Shown here: positions 63,068 through 64,000 of the stretch, piece by piece
Layout of the letters: the number at the start of each line of letters is the position of its first letter
Position numbering within the stretch: the stretch's first letter is position 1
NCBI GenBank assembly: GCA_053919585.1
Contig: CM132808.1
DNA: 64,000 nt
Direction: 5' to 3' (one strand)
Source: Euprymna scolopes
Lineage: Eukaryota
The notes under the pieces: model-generated
Database searches by the model: none
Seen by the model: the letters and a program-made list of their open reading frames with translations, nothing else
Told to the model about the DNA's origin: nothing
Made by a program: the position numbers and the translations under genes

Positions 63068-63575
63068 TCTATAAAAGTGAGAATGTATGTGTGAGGACAC
63101 TTCTTAACCTATATACTCACTGAATTTTTAATCTACAGACCCGAAATTTGGTATATAGGGTATTCAGACATGTGTGAAACTTTTTAATTGGTTTTCATTG
63201 GGGAAAAAAGGGCTGCTAAGGGGTCAAAATTGAAAATTTAGCACTTGCGGCTCATCAAATTTTTATCTGTTTGTCAACTGTTTCATGACTGCGCATGCGC
63301 AATTAGTTCACATTATGTTAAGTAGGTTTGAAAACGCTTTTTTAAAGATTGCATCAAGCTGGCACAATGGTTATCACACTTGACTCACTGTGTTTAGGTT
63401 TTGGTTTCGATCCTTGCTTGAGTATTGTCTTTTTCACTTCCAAGAAATGAACTGTTTAGTAAAAGACATAATACTCGCATACTCGTCTCAGTTTATTTCC
63501 ATTTTTTTTACTTAAATTCTTTTTAAAAAAATGGAAAATTAATGTTACGTTTAATATGGGGCAACGCTGGGTACA

Positions 63576-63580
<5 letters not shown>
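63068..63580 (+). mobile_element. Diverged non-autonomous Helitron-like element
   Basis: TCTATAAAAGTGAG start; 5' part resembles the 61-kb family; ends GGGCAACGCTGGG...CTAA before (TA)n. Confidence 0.6.
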
Positions 63581-63650
<70 letters not shown>

Positions 63651-64000
63651 AATATATTATATGGAAAAATGCGCGCATGAAAAGTAATATTCTTAAGATT
63701 TTATTAAACCTGGAAAAGTAAAGGACAAGAAATTCAACCTGAAAAAGTAAAGAACAAGATATTCTAGTAAAGTAAAAAATAAGAATTTTTTAGACTTAAA
63801 ATATTGCAGCTAAAAATAAAATTTGAATATTGATAAATATTTTATTTATTATTTGCATATGTTGTTGTTTATTGTTGAGTTAGAAAGGGTGTCAGTCGCT
63901 GGATTGAACTTATTTCCCCCCCCCCCCATTATTTGCATATATTTATGTAGTGAAAATTGTTTGAATAAAATTAATTCATTAGTTAGTTAGTAGATGGAAT

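Overview
AT-rich animal genomic DNA. The repeat content is consistent with a mollusc, possibly a cephalopod, but this is inference only. (1) Positions 1-26356 are a very homogeneous 23-bp satellite, GCTTCTTGACAGTGGATTTCT(A/G)T, interrupted by a 100-N scaffold gap. Rare variants recur at an exact 12,326-bp offset across the gap, so part of the array is probably assembled twice. (2) A spliced ARL3 gene lies on the minus strand. Five coding exons were recovered by hand (47533-47676, 41494-41610, 38861-38911, 36795-36980, 34614-34655), all phase 0 with GT-AG boundaries. A candidate ATG-only first exon and X-box promoter lie near 58.8-59.0 kb. (3) Introns and flanks are packed with mobile DNA: a frameshifted DD34D mariner and its deletion derivative, five CR1/L2-group LINE fragments, a decayed Helitron helicase, about 15 non-autonomous Helitron-like units (many head-to-tail, several carrying tRNA-spaced Pol III A/B boxes), foldback/MITE elements, Penelope-like inverted remnants, and U2- and 5S-derived pseudogenes. 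Several hammerhead-ribozyme-like motifs are present: one with an intact core about 130 bp from the satellite end, a variant-core family with covarying stems, and one fused to a tRNA-like head. Most ORFs in the supplied track are spurious.
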